In this document: piece after piece, positions 1 to 12,800 of the stretch | How positions within the stretch are numbered: the first letter of the stretch is position 1 | Layout: each line of letters begins with the position of its first letter | Assembly: GCF_963676685.1 (NCBI RefSeq) | Contig: NC_092347.1 | Location: forward strand, 98,828,001-98,892,000 | Source of the DNA: Mytilus edulis | Taxonomy: Eukaryota | Reading direction: 5' to 3' | Length of the DNA: 64,000 nucleotides | Program-made: the position numbers and the translations under genes | Notes under the pieces: model-generated | Told to the model about the DNA's origin: nothing | The model's input: the letters and a program-made list of their open reading frames with translations, nothing else | Databases searched by the model: none

Positions 1-490
1 ATACAAATGATAAAACGATTGAAATTTTTTTGATGGACTATCATGTCTCTTCCCGAAGGTATCATCAGCTCATTAGGTCAGTACTATTCTAGTCAGTGCT
101 TTAGATCTGAAATCTACATCCAACCCTTCTTAAATTGTCCAAATATCAATTAAAAAGTTATTACCAAATTAAAGTTTCAAACTCTCTCAGGTAACTTGAC
201 CTCAGATGAATTTGGCTTTTATATTTATGCCCATTGATTGATCATATCTTATATATTAGAAAAATTACAATAGCAAACATGTCGAACTCTAAGGTAAGTT
301 CAAAACGAAATTATTTTATCAAATGGCAAAATTCATCTGTTTCGTCTTTCATCATGTATAGGAGCATGAAGTTTGTTTGTTTGGTCGAAGACCCGGGTCC
401 CAAACCTGAACATCATGTATAACAATTGGACAAATCATACCAGTAATCTATCTTTCTCCTGCAAGGCTTTCCCCTGCTTAGTCATAAATA

Positions 491-1312
491 TACTGAGCCA
501 AAAAAGTTTAGCAACAAAATTATGAAATTTTATTTTATTACAAAATCATAACAACATATAATTTTAATAATAAAAAACTGGAATTATTACATGTCAGTAG
601 CAACATGGCTGTTTATCACTCACATTCATTAGGATTTTCTTTGTATGGAGCGCGGGAGGGTCAAAATGCGGAAATGAATATACTGTTATTCAAAATCAAT
701 TTCTCAGCCATGCTCTTAGTGCACCAATGAAGGATTGGCAGGCACACCAGCAGCTGCCCTTAGTCAAAGCACTACTTTTGTGGCCGGAAAAAACTTGTCA
801 CGTGTTGATGAAAAGCGAAGGTAGCGCTCCTCCTTTGGCGATAGTTTTTTTGGTCTACGGGATATCGACCTATCCTGTGCAGTTGCAATTTGTCGATATC
901 TGTTTGTTAGTCTCTAAACTGTTGCCGTATGCATATTAAATCGATCCAAGATGTCAGCAACACTCATTCCGACATCAACCATTCCAAGACCTGTCTGACG
1001 GTCATTTTCGGGGAGCCCTGGTTGACGCCCCATGCAATTTTTTCAAAGGTGTATGTGTTTTTCCTATCAATGGCATGTTTCTGAACGTCAGTGAAAAAGA
1101 AATTTTTACTATCGTTTTAAAAGTACAGGTACAGAAGGTAAAACGTCAATTACACGTGCAAAGCTGAAATGGCGCGAAATCAATCACCAGGAAAAAAGTA
1201 CGTCTGTTTTAAATTACAGGATTATATCAATGATGTTTGAATATTTTTTTTTCCAGAAACAACAAAAAAAGAAATTAAAATAAAAGTGTTGCTAAACTTT
1301 TTTGGCTCAGTA
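491..1312 (-). mobile_element. Tc1/mariner deletion derivative (non-autonomous)
   Basis: Perfect 26-bp TIRs TACTGAGCCAAAAAAGTTTAGCAACA (491-516 and 1287-1312), with TA on both flanks. The minus strand from the ATG at 1033 reads MGRQPGLPENDRQTGLGMVDVGMSVADILDRFNMHTATV*RLTNRYRQ...DRSISRRPKKLSPKEERYLR, a stop-interrupted Tc1 paired-like HTH N-terminus. No DDE domain is present. Confidence 0.88.
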
Positions 1313-1628
1313 TATTTGTTGATGTTTAGATTTTAATGAATGGAATAAACACGGCTGCTGTAAATGACTTTACTATAGTCAAAACTGATGTCTTTTCATC
1401 CATTTGCTGCATAAATACAATAAACTAAACATGGGACAATGAAGCAATTTTCATTACTTTTCATGGCAATTGTAATGCTTTTCTAAGATTTTAAATATTA
1501 CAGTTTGAAGCACTGAAAGAATATAAGTGTTTCCTTCAAAATCAGAGTCTTGTACATGTATTAATACACAAGTATGACCAAAGTTAAACACCTCCCCTTC
1601 CGACTGATAGTTGTGGGCATAAAAGTAA

Positions 1629-1864
1629 AGGGACGACATCAAAAGTTTAATGTAGGATAAAAAAAAAAAAACTTAATTCACATAGTTTGTTCACTGACCC
1701 TTCCCCTCCCCCTCTTAACTTAATTTGGGAAAATTGATTAACCGATATGGATATATGTAAAATCGATGTCAAATTAACAAAACTTGCAGCAACTTTTATC
1801 CCCCCGCCCCCAAACTATTTGAATTAAGTTTTTCATCTTACATTGATCTTTTGATTTCATCCCT
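1629..1864. mobile_element. MITE with ~45-bp imperfect TIRs
   Basis: Left end AGGGACGACATCAAAAGTTTAATGTAGGATAAAA...ACTTAATTCA; reverse complement of right end AGGGATGAAATCAAAAGATCAATGTAAGATGAAAAACTTAATTCA. The TSD is not clean. Confidence 0.7.
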
Positions 1865-2499
1865 AAGTTAATCACTGTTTTCTCTCATTGACTATGGTCA
1901 ATCCCAAAATGTTACAAGACAAAATGATTCTTTGTAAAAAGATGCTATTATAGATGACGTTCTTCTTTGCAGATCAACAAAAAATTTTTTTTGTGTTTTA
2001 CAGAAATGACAAGATGAACACATATAACGGCCATTTCCGTAAAAACGAGTTCGGAGACATACCAATTTTATTAGCTCATTATAATGCAAATAGTTAGTAA
2101 TTCCGTAAGTTCACAGTTTTTTTTACAAAAACGGTGGACCCGGAAAAGGGATATTTTTTGCTTTTTGTTGCCATGGCAACGGGTTTTTTTTTTTAACCCA
2201 AAAATAAAAAAATCTTGTTTTTTGGATTATTTTTATGATATTTTTAATAAAAATTTATTATTAATGAATGGACCACAATTATTTATACATGTTTTATTTA
2301 GTTTTATTTTCTTTTAGTCACTCGCATACATTATTATTTCAGAAAAATTCAAATACAATTTCCCCTAAAAATCGTTAAAAATCGGAATGTTGAGCTTTTC
2401 AAGACGCTTTTGAGACGGGCGATGTTCGATTTTTCATCATTAAATGATTTGGTACTCCTCCCTGAACAAAATGATGTATCATATTGGTATAATATCACT

Positions 2500-4680
2500 A
2501 AGAAAAAAATGCAGGTTCATGCAAACCTTACCTTAAGTAATGCTATACAATTTTCCTTTTCTGATGTACTGAATGTACCTGCTAACATCAGTGATCGCGA
2601 TGCCTCTGTTATTTTTTTACAAAGTCCAAAGTCCGAAACTAAGTCGTTTAAACGGGAAATATGGTTATATGAAAAAAAACCAGATGTTGATAATTTTTCA
2701 AATATGTTGAATGCAATTGAATGGAAGGAACTCTTTTCCAATGTTGAGGAAGTCGACGAAATGGTCACTATATTCACTGAAAAAAATCCTCAGCATTGCA
2801 AGAAAGAGCATTCCAACCAAAATAGTAACTATACGTGTCAATGACAAACACTGCTTTAACAGTAATATCAGAAAAGCAATTTGAATAAGGGAAAGATTAC
2901 GAAAAAAATCAATTAAATCTAAAAAAGAAACGGATAGTAATAAATATAAGAAACAGAGGAATAAAGTTAATAATATGAAAAGAGAAGCGAAAGAAAAATT
3001 TGAGAAAAACTTGGAAAATATAATTCTAAATAACGCTTCAGATTCTAAGACTTGTTGGAAAATTATGAAAATGCTGATTAAGCCAAATAGAGGATCTAAT
3101 AACATACCCCCATTAAAAAATAGTCTTAATGATCATCGTTTCGAGGAGTTCGCCGATAGAGACGACGAGAAATGCGACATTCTAATTCAGTGTTTTTGTT
3201 TCATTTCATCGCTAGCAGATGTTGATGCTCAATTATCCGATTTCGACAAAACAACTAACAATTTATTGAATGATATAGTGATTAGTACTAGTGAAATTGT
3301 TGACATCATAAAAACTATAAATCCTAAAAAAGCGTCAGGCCCGGATGTCATTAGTCGTAAGATGTTTAAAATATGTCCCGAAAAATTGCAATTCCATTAT
3401 GTATTATACTTAATAAATCCTTGCAGCAGTGCAAATATCCTTAGCCTTATTTAAAAAGGGGGATAGTTCATTACCTTCCAATTATAGACCTATATCACTC
3501 ATTAGTTGCATAGGCAAAGTCATGGAACGTATTGAATATAAACATGTTTACAACCACTTACAAAGATTTGAATTAATTTATGAGTATCAATCGGGTTTTC
3601 TTCCTAAATATTCAACGGTTCACCAACTGTTAGAAATATATAATTGCATATTGAACTCACTTGAAAAGAAAGAGATAAGTTGTTTTGTTTTTTTGCGATT
3701 TTTCCAGAGCCTTTGATAAAGTTTGGCATGATGGTTTATTACATAAAATGAAGGCTTATGGTATAAATGGAAATCTGTTAAAATGGTTTATAAGCTACTT
3801 AAATGATAGAAAACAAAGAATGGTTATCAAGCAATCTTCTTCAAAACTTTGCAGTATTTCAGCTGAAGTTCCGCAAGGGTCGGTCCTTGGACCGTTACTT
3901 TTTATAATATATATTAATGATATTGCAGAAAGACTTATTTCTCTGTGCAGACTCTTTGCAGATGACACATCGTTCAGCTGTGCGGATCGTGATGCTTTTA
4001 AGATAGAAACTGTAATAAACCATGATCTTGAAAAGCTGAACGAATGGTCCAAAAATGGCTAATGTCTTTTAATCCAGACAAAACAGAAATTATGTTATTT
4101 TCTAATGTTGAAACCCCCAAAATGAACTTTATATTCAATGATAAAAATATACCTATTACAAATATTCATAAACATTTAGGGGTTACATTTAGCAATGATG
4201 CTAAATGGAATGCCCACGTTGATAATATTATCTTAAGCACGTCTAAACATATAAATATGCTAAGGAAACTGAAATATAAACTGAGCAGAAAAAAATAAAA
4301 AAACTCTATTTAGTTTTTATAAGACCTTTATTTGAGTATGCAAGTGAAGTTTGGGATAATATTGGGGTAGGTTATGTCAATAAACTGGAGCAATTACAGC
4401 TCCAAGTTGCTAGGATAGTTACGGGGTTACCTATATTCACAAACTCAAGGGTTATTTATGAAGAACGTGGATGGGAAACATAAGCTGAAAGAAGAGAGAG
4501 AAGAAAAATCCAAATGTTTTATAATATTGAGAATAATAATGTTCCAGAATATTTGTCAAATTTAATTCGCCCAAAAATACAAAGTATGACGGTCTATCCT
4601 CTACGCAATGGAAATGACATCATTATTCCATTCTGCAAACGAGCATTAACCAATGATTCTTTTATTCCATCAACCATACG
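2500..4680 (+). pseudogene. Degenerate non-LTR retrotransposon (CR1/L2-group-like) ORF2: end of the endonuclease domain, linker, RT and C-terminus, with frameshifts
   Basis: Successive ORF pieces carry KASGPD, NYRPISL, QSGF, DFSRAFDKVWH, VPQGSVLGPLLF, LFADDT, HKHLGV and SFIPSTIR. There are several frameshifts and stops, and the 3' end is cut off at about 4680. Confidence 0.92.
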
Positions 4681-4849
4681 TCTTATTTTTCGTTTTTTAA
4701 AATTATCTTTTTTTTTTTTTTTGTGTTTCTGTTTTCTTAAAATATTCATTTATTTATTTATATTTTTTTTTCTTTCTGTATTATTATTATTTTGTTTTTT
4801 CTTCAATTTTCCGTCTTTTGATCCATATTTATATATATATATATATATA

Positions 4850-5569
4850 CTAGAACACACCCGTGATATCGCGGGTCCGTGACTGAATTAAAGTATATAA
4901 CTATGCGTAAGCCTTATTTTAGTATTGGTATTGTCATCTGATAAAGTCGTGCAGATTATAAGATACACAGTTTTCTCTGCTTTCAAATCTTTCTGTTTGA
5001 ACCCGTCGACCTGGAACTTTTCAATTATTGGTAATATTCAGGTCCTGGAATTGAGTATTTTTTAATCAACAACATTGTCCAATAAAGTTCAAATCTTTGA
5101 TTCGCTGTTTTGCGTCATGCCCGCTAACAAATTGAAAACTGTACCTATACGCCTTAGTCCAAATCTTTAGTATTCGTATTGTTATCTTAGAAAGTTTTAC
5201 TAATTAAAAAACTACAATAGGGAACAATTTGACAATGATTGAATTTAGTTGTGTCGACTTAGTGATTATGACCCTTGATATAGTAAAATCAAATACACCA
5301 TTTGGTGGTGCGCCTGTTAGATGCGGAACGTACAGATAAGGTAATGGGTAACAGGTGAATATACTTTTGGTATCGGTACCGGATTCGACCCTGAACTTGT
5401 TAATTATTGGCAATATTAATTATGTGGAAAACAAAAGGGTCTGGAGTGGTGTAATTTTTAATCTACACAATTGTCCTATATTAGCTATATATAAAGTTGA
5501 ATTCTTTGATATGTCGTTTTTACCTGATGCCGGCTGATAAATTGGACCTCGTAATTTTAGTATTATAGA
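4850..5569 (-). mobile_element. Non-autonomous Helitron
   Basis: The minus strand starts TCTATAATACTAAAA (5569) and ends CTAG (4850), with a GC hairpin ACCCGTGATATCGCGGGT (4859-4876) near the 3' end. It is inserted between A and T in a (TA)n run with no TSD, and is absent from the paralogous site at ~26290-26320. Confidence 0.9.
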
Positions 5570-5980
5570 TATATATACTTAAAGGAGAAGGAAACCCAAA
5601 TTTTTTTTTTAGCTCAGTTGAAAGAATTATTGTTAATAATAAGGTTTACTGTTTAAAGTTATTCAAAATTATGCTCAGAAATGTCAAACCCGTTAGTTTA
5701 AATATAAAAATTTTAAATTTCCCGCCAATTACTGGAGATCGACATTTTGAGGAGCTCTTCTGTATTGGAGAGTACAGAAGTTGAAATTTGCCACGTCATC
5801 CCTACTGTTCCGGTCTTCTTCTTCTCTTCTTCTTCCAGTTAAGCGGCCGCAATCAACTGTCTGATTATTCTGCCACTGTGTGTTGCGCATGAAAGTCCAA
5901 AGAAAATTTAATATATTTACATTTTGTGAAAGTTAAAATCCTATATACAGGTGCTCATTAAAAACAAATGTTTAGGTCTA

Positions 5981-6780
5981 TTTTGTTAGCCGAGCCTTGA
6001 AGCATTCAAGACTCGGAGCGGTGGTAGTTGAAAGTGGTAAGGCATTCCATTCCCGTATAGATTTTGGATAGAATGACATTTTCCTTATATCTGTTCTGCA
6101 AAGAGGAACCTGGAAACATCCAGTCCTAGTTGTTCTTGATGCTCGGCTTGTTGGAATGAGCCTAGATGTTGCATCTATATTAACTAGGCAGTTAGTAATT
6201 TTGTACATCATGCACATCCTTGTTGTTGTTCTTCTCTCTTCTAGTTGTTGCCACTCGAGTTGTTTTATCATGGCATCTACTGATGATGTGTTACGGTATT
6301 TGTTGGTAACATACCTAGCCCCTCTGCGTTGTACCATCTCAATTTTTTTCTTGTTGTTTTGTTGATGGGGGTCCCAGACTGCGCTTGCATATTCTAGTGT
6401 TGGTCTGACTAATGACTTGTATGCATTTTCTTTTAGTTGTTTGTTACTGATGTTAAGATTTCTTTTTAAGAACCCAATAGTTTTATTTGCTTTTTGGCAG
6501 ATGTTATGTACATGGGTACTCCAATTTAAATCTGAGCTGATTGTAACTCCAAGATATTTTGCGTCTGATACTCTTTCCAGTACATGGCCATGAAGGATAT
6601 AATCATTTGTGATTGGCTTTCTTTTCTTGCTGATGGTCATGACATTGCATTTGTCTGCGTTGAACTTCATGAGCCATCGTTGTTCCCAGTCTGATAATTT
6701 GTTCAGATCCTCCTGCAGTGTTGTGGTATCTGCATCTGATGTTATTGTAAGATAAATGATTGTGTCGTCAGCAAACAACC
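5981..6780 (-). mobile_element. 5'-truncated LINE RT/C-terminal fragment inserted antisense inside the Kolobok element
   Basis: Open frame RLFADDT...KYLGVTI...YKSLVRPTLEYASAVWDP...SFYPKSIREWNALP...FKARL. It is flanked by the direct repeat GGTCTA (5975-5980 and 6781-6786). Confidence 0.9.
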
Positions 6781-6835
6781 GGTCTAACCAGAAGCAACCA
6801 TATTCATCAAACTTTTCTTTCAACAATACGATATT

Positions 6836-9800
6836 ATGCCGTCTTGTCAAGCTATCAATTGTGTAAATGAAAGAGGAAAGTGTGGGAAGAGCTTTTTTGA
6901 AATACCAGATCCGTTAAAATCTAGCGAGAAACGTAAACTCTGCAAACTTTGGATAGATCATTTGCGCAATGATAAACTGAAAATCGAAACTTTTGTGTGG
7001 AGTAAAGGCAGAGTTGTTTGTGAGGAACATTTTGAACAAGATTGTTTTGAAAGGAATCTGATGGCTGAATCCCTGGGGTTTAAATCTGGAAGACTCACAC
7101 TGAAGCCTGGAGCAGTTCCAACCTTAGTAAAACCTGGCCCTGGTGTAGCTGATCGTCAAAAGGAAAGGACTTCTACCAAAATATTTCAGGAGAAGAGACG
7201 GAAGGCACAGGTAATTATGAGAATTTACTTGTTTTTCTGTCAGTCTTGTTTCTTCACATGCTTATGGTCCTACAGATAAAATATAGCATTATAGGGGAAA
7301 GACTATAGTGCACACAGGACACATGAACACATATGTGGAGGATACAAAAAAGGGGGAGGCTGAGTACTGAATTTCTACACTCGGGATGTTGTACTTTAGG
7401 GGATATTTGTAAGCATATCACATAACTTTGTAACTGTACATATATATATATACACCAATTATGAATTATTTTTTATGACCCAATGATGTCACCTGAAAGT
7501 TAAAGAGGGGCGAAAGATACCAAAGGGACATTCAAACTCATAAGTAAAAATAAACTGACAAAGCCATGCCTAAAAAGGAAACAGACAAAGAGTACACTAA
7601 ACACAACATAGAATGAATAATTCATAATTCATAATTCATAAACGAATCCCACCAAAAAGTGGGGGTGATCTCGTGAAAGGGCAGGGGCGGATCCAGCCAT
7701 TTTAAAAAGAGGGTTCCTAACCCCAGACAAAGGGGCGGTTCCAACTATATGTCCCCATTCAAATGCATTGATCATCCTGAAAAAAGGGGGGTTCCAACCC
7801 CCGGACCCCCCCCCCTGGATCCGCCATCGAAGTTCACACTTAAAATTTTCATAAAATCCTGTGTCACACACAACACATTATTTTGCGTCTCTTTCAGGGG
7901 CGGATGCAGGAATTTTCGAAAGGGGGGTGCTAACCCAGGGCAAAGGGGTGGTGCGCACCCCCGGAACCCCCCCCCCCTGGATCCGCCACTGTCTTTGACG
8001 GACGGAGTGGAGCGGTTATAGACCTGCTTTCCCCGTTGGTGACACAGTTACAAAGATTTCTTAACCCTCTTGCTGCCACACGGACATATGTGTCCATCAC
8101 TGATAGCTTGCCACCCGATCACATATGTCCTTTTCAATGACAAAATCACTGGTTTTAATTTTTATGATTACAAAGCTGTTTCTGAAATAAACTTCCTCAT
8201 AAATGATATAAAGTAAAATTTGAATATGTAATGTAGCAATTTCTTAATTTGTGTACTTTTTTAAAACAAATCAAATTGTCTGAATTGTAATTTTAAAGAC
8301 GTCACATTATGCATTTTGAATTTTGAAAATGAAACAAAATACTGTGAACGTCCTAAACTACATGTATTGTGGCGTACGTAACGTTGTTTGAAATTTGAAT
8401 CTGGCAAAAAGAGGGTTAAACACAGAAAAATGTGATGCTGACTATATGTTTACATTCTTTGTTTATTTATGATTCGGTTAAAACTAGCTACAGGTTTCAC
8501 TGTAAAATGCAGTAAACACAACATGTTTTGGGGCTCACAATATCTACTCAATGCTATGTGAAGCATTGAAACACATTGTAAATCAGGTACAATGTATCTT
8601 GGTGAAAAAAAATAATTTGTGAAATACATGTGATGCATCTAATTAGCTTTTATTGATTTCTATCATGTTTTGTATGTTAAAAAAAGTTGTTTCATGTAAA
8701 AAATGTACTGTACATAAAGTCGTAAGTGTACACTGCATGAAGTGTTAAGTACAGGAACACTTTTTCTTTATTTTTGTAAAAAAAAAAAGCTTTTTGATTA
8801 TTTCAGCTCAGAAGTAGTGTAACTGCCTTTGTAAACACCAAGGAAAAAAGTTCCAACAAAAGGACATTGTCAGAAAGTACAGACAGTAAAGCAACAAAAC
8901 CAAAGAAGTTCAAAAGTTCAACTGCAGTTCATCCTCAACAGTCAGATGATATTTCATTTGAGGTAATTTGTGTATATTTTATTAATATTTTCATCGCGGC
9001 CTACTTATCGTCCAACTGGGGTTAGTATAGTCTGTTGAGTTTACTCGACTGACAATCGAACCCCTCGAGTTTTACCTTTTGAACCTACCCGAGTTAATTC
9101 GACATCAACCCTGGGTTGTGGTACAGTGGCGGATCCAGGGGGGGTTCCGGAGGTGCGCACCCCCCCTTTATTTTTGTCGATCAATGCATTTGTATCGGGA
9201 CATATGTTTTGCACCCCCCTTTGCCCTGGGTTAGCACCCCCCCCCCCCTTTCGAAAATTCCTGCATCCGCCCCTGTGGTAGGATTAGTAGAGTTTCAAAA
9301 GGGTGTCAAAAATAAAAATAAAGAAGATTATGCTACAATGACAGACTTTGTATTTAAATGCAGCATAAAAAACGGTTAGTAAAAGAAATTTATTTTTCAA
9401 CTGTATTTTGTCATTTATAGACATTTTTCATGTGTAAAGACTGTCAGTAATGACTTTGTTTAATAATATAAAAAAAACTAAATTTGGTTACTTCGTTTAG
9501 TTTTCTAAGAATGAAATGAAAATTTATTACGAAATGTCATATATACGACAACTAATGCAGTAATGGATAGGCTTTTCGTGAATTTATTACTACCGTACAT
9601 GAAATATGTTGCTAATTTAAATTAAACGCTTGATAAAAATCGAAAATCTACAGACCGGTTCACTGAGTTTCTGTGAAATTTAATGCAGGAACAATTTAAG
9701 AAGGGTAAATTCTAATTAGTTCCTGAGTTATGTTATAATTATATATGTACATAGTCGTTAATACAACGAAAATTATTATTTAGCGTCCATTTTTAGAGTT

Positions 9801-12800
9801 AACTCGATGAAAGTTTTCACTTCGATTCGGTAGAGGTACGCACATGCGCATTAACACTTTGCTACCTGAGTTGGGCGAATCAAAGTAGGCCCTGGACATC
9901 TAAATATATCAACCAAGAGCTCCTGTACATGTCTCCCTTCATGATAAAGGAGATTTATGTTCACAAACTGATTTCAATAATTGTAGAGTCACCTATATGA
10001 CTAAATAATTAAAATATAATATCGACTCAAAAACAACAGTATTTTTTGTGAGAGGAGGTTAATGAATTATCATAACTTCTTGTGGTAACATGAACATGTA
10101 GTCATATACATTTGTACTTGTATATATTTTCTGGGTCAAATATCATTTCTTTTAATCATGTTATATGGCATATATTTAATCATATATGACAGTATACATG
10201 TAACAGCAATGGTATTCTGTCTTGTCTCACAATGATTATGATTTGGGCCTATAATTGCTATAAGTACTGATAAATAAAAAAGACAATAAAATATTTGCTA
10301 CATTTATATGAGTAACATTGCATTATATGTAACTCTGTGAATTATGCCTTTGATACAACAAATCACAAACAGCAATTAATTCAAACCATTCAAATAGCCT
10401 AAGATTGTAGGGTAATATAGGTTTATAATATATATTAAATTTAAGGGTAAGGTAGCTTTAGTGATTAAATGTATCTACTGTAACTTCTTACAATGAAGAT
10501 ACATGTAATATATGACATATACATGTATTTTTTAACAGTTAAAAGTCTTCTTCAGGTAATCATGGCTAAGAAAATTTTAATCAGTACATAGTATAAATTA
10601 ATGTTTCGTGGTCTGCTGAAGCCTGTCTCTGGATGCTGGATTTCTCACGTTGAAGACCCATTGGTGGCATTGAGTTGTTATGTAAATTTTGGTCGGGTTG
10701 TTGTCTCTTTGACACATTCTCTGTTTCCATCCTTTATTCTATGTATGTCAATATTGCAATTTGGCCAAATATTAATATAATATGTATGTTTCCTATTACA
10801 TGCTGAAAATAAATTTTATTTTAAAAAACTTTTTTACATCGTCATAATCTGGGAAAATCCCATTTCCATTATTATCAAGATTCCTACCAGAATTATGCCA
10901 TAAAAAACCTGTAATTTAATCATTATAGTTCAGATTCCATAAAATCCAAGAATTAAAATATGATAAAATATTCAATACATAACTGAAAAACACTGATAAT
11001 TTACTCATGCACTATAGCCATTAGTGAATTCATGTGTTGTTTGGTCCCCCATTGCATATTTTTCTATCTGAATCCTTGCAAGGTTCTCATTTCTGTCAGT
11101 TTTCATATTGACCTCAAACTCATTTCATGGGTCAGTGAACAAGGTGAAGTTTTCTAGGTCAAGTCTATCTCAGATACTATAAGCAATAGGTCTTTTATAT
11201 TTGGCATGTTTGGTGTATGGAATGATTGTAAGGTGTACATGTCCAACTGACATGTGTCATCTGGCCTTGAACTTATTGTCATGGTTCATTGCAATTGGTC
11301 AATGCTTAATTTCTCTGATTTGTACTATTTGTGGTGTATGGAATATTGTATGGTGTGTATGTCTGTCTGGTAGGTGTCAGTTGAACTTTCATGGTTCATT
11401 GGTCAAATTTCAATTTCTTTATGAGGTCTGTTTCTGAGATACTTTTAGCAATAGGTTAACTAAATTTGGTGTATGGAATGATTGTATGGCCTACATATAA
11501 AAAAGAAGATATGGTATGATTGCCAATGAGACAACTCTCCACAAGAGACCAAAATGACACAGAAATTAACAACCATAGGTCACCGTAAAGCCTTCAACCA
11601 TGAGCACAGCTCATACCGCATAGTCAGCTATAAAAGGCCCTGAAATGACAATGTAAAACAATTCAAACAAGAAAACTAACGGCCTTATTTATATAAAAAA
11701 AGGAAAGAAAAACAAATATGTAACACATAAACAAACGACAACCACGTACATGTCTGTCTGAAAGAGTTTATCTCACATTGAACTCGTGTAAAAAGTGTGT
11801 CAACTCTAGTTTTTCTGTAGGGGCATTAAATGTATGCTGATTAAAAAAAATAACATGATTTTATTTTATTTATTGTAGAATGTTCCTGTTCATGCTGAAC
11901 AACATGATAAATTACCTTTATTGACCATACCAGAAATTCTTCCTTGTGGACATCCATGTGAAGTATGCAGAAAAATTAAAGGAGATGAAAATGTATTGGT
12001 TTTTGATCATAGCTACTCAAAATCTAAAGCAGAGGTAGATACGTCTTCAGAAATTCAACATGCCAGTTCTAGTGAAACACCTGCTAAAAAAGACAAACCA
12101 ATCTTCATTTCTTCTACTCCTTTAAAAACTGATTTTCAAAAATGTGCAGTAGAACCAATTTTTACTCCTGTACATATTTTGGATGAGTCTTTTGTAAGTT
12201 TGACACAAGAGGATGATCCAGAAGATGTTGATTACAGTCTAAGTGTTGACCAGGTAGAGTCCGATTCAGACAATTTTGAAAATGACATTTCAACATGCTA
12301 CACCGAAGAGCAGAAGTTAATTAAAGAAAACAAATTTATTGTATTTGAAAGTGCAATTGACACTTTAATCAACAAATTAAAATGCAACATTTGTGAATGT
12401 CCGGTTGATCCAGATGACATTGTTAAAGACTTGTCCAATGGAACTGTAATAACCATCACTGCCAATTGTACCAGTGGACACATAGTTGTAAAATGGAGTT
12501 CACAACCATTCCTTGGCAAGATGCCAGTTGGAAATTTATTAGTTAGTGCTGCAACATTATTCTGTGGTCAAACATACAGCCACATATCACAGTTTGCAGA
12601 ATTTTGTAACTTACAATATATTTCACACACCACCTACAACAAAATTCAAAGACAATATTTAATGCCTGTTGTTCAACACACGTGGTCCTTACTGCAAGAA
12701 GTAGAGTTAAAGAAAATCAAAGAACAAAATCGCCAGATACGGCTAGCAGGTGATGGAAGGTGTGATTCACCAGGTTTTAGTGCAAAGTATTGCACTTATT

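Noticed and set aside
5978-6850. 290-aa RT gene with its own start codon
   Set aside because: The first ~23 codons are antisense Kolobok sequence beyond the TSD. The rest is a LINE fragment truncated at FADD.
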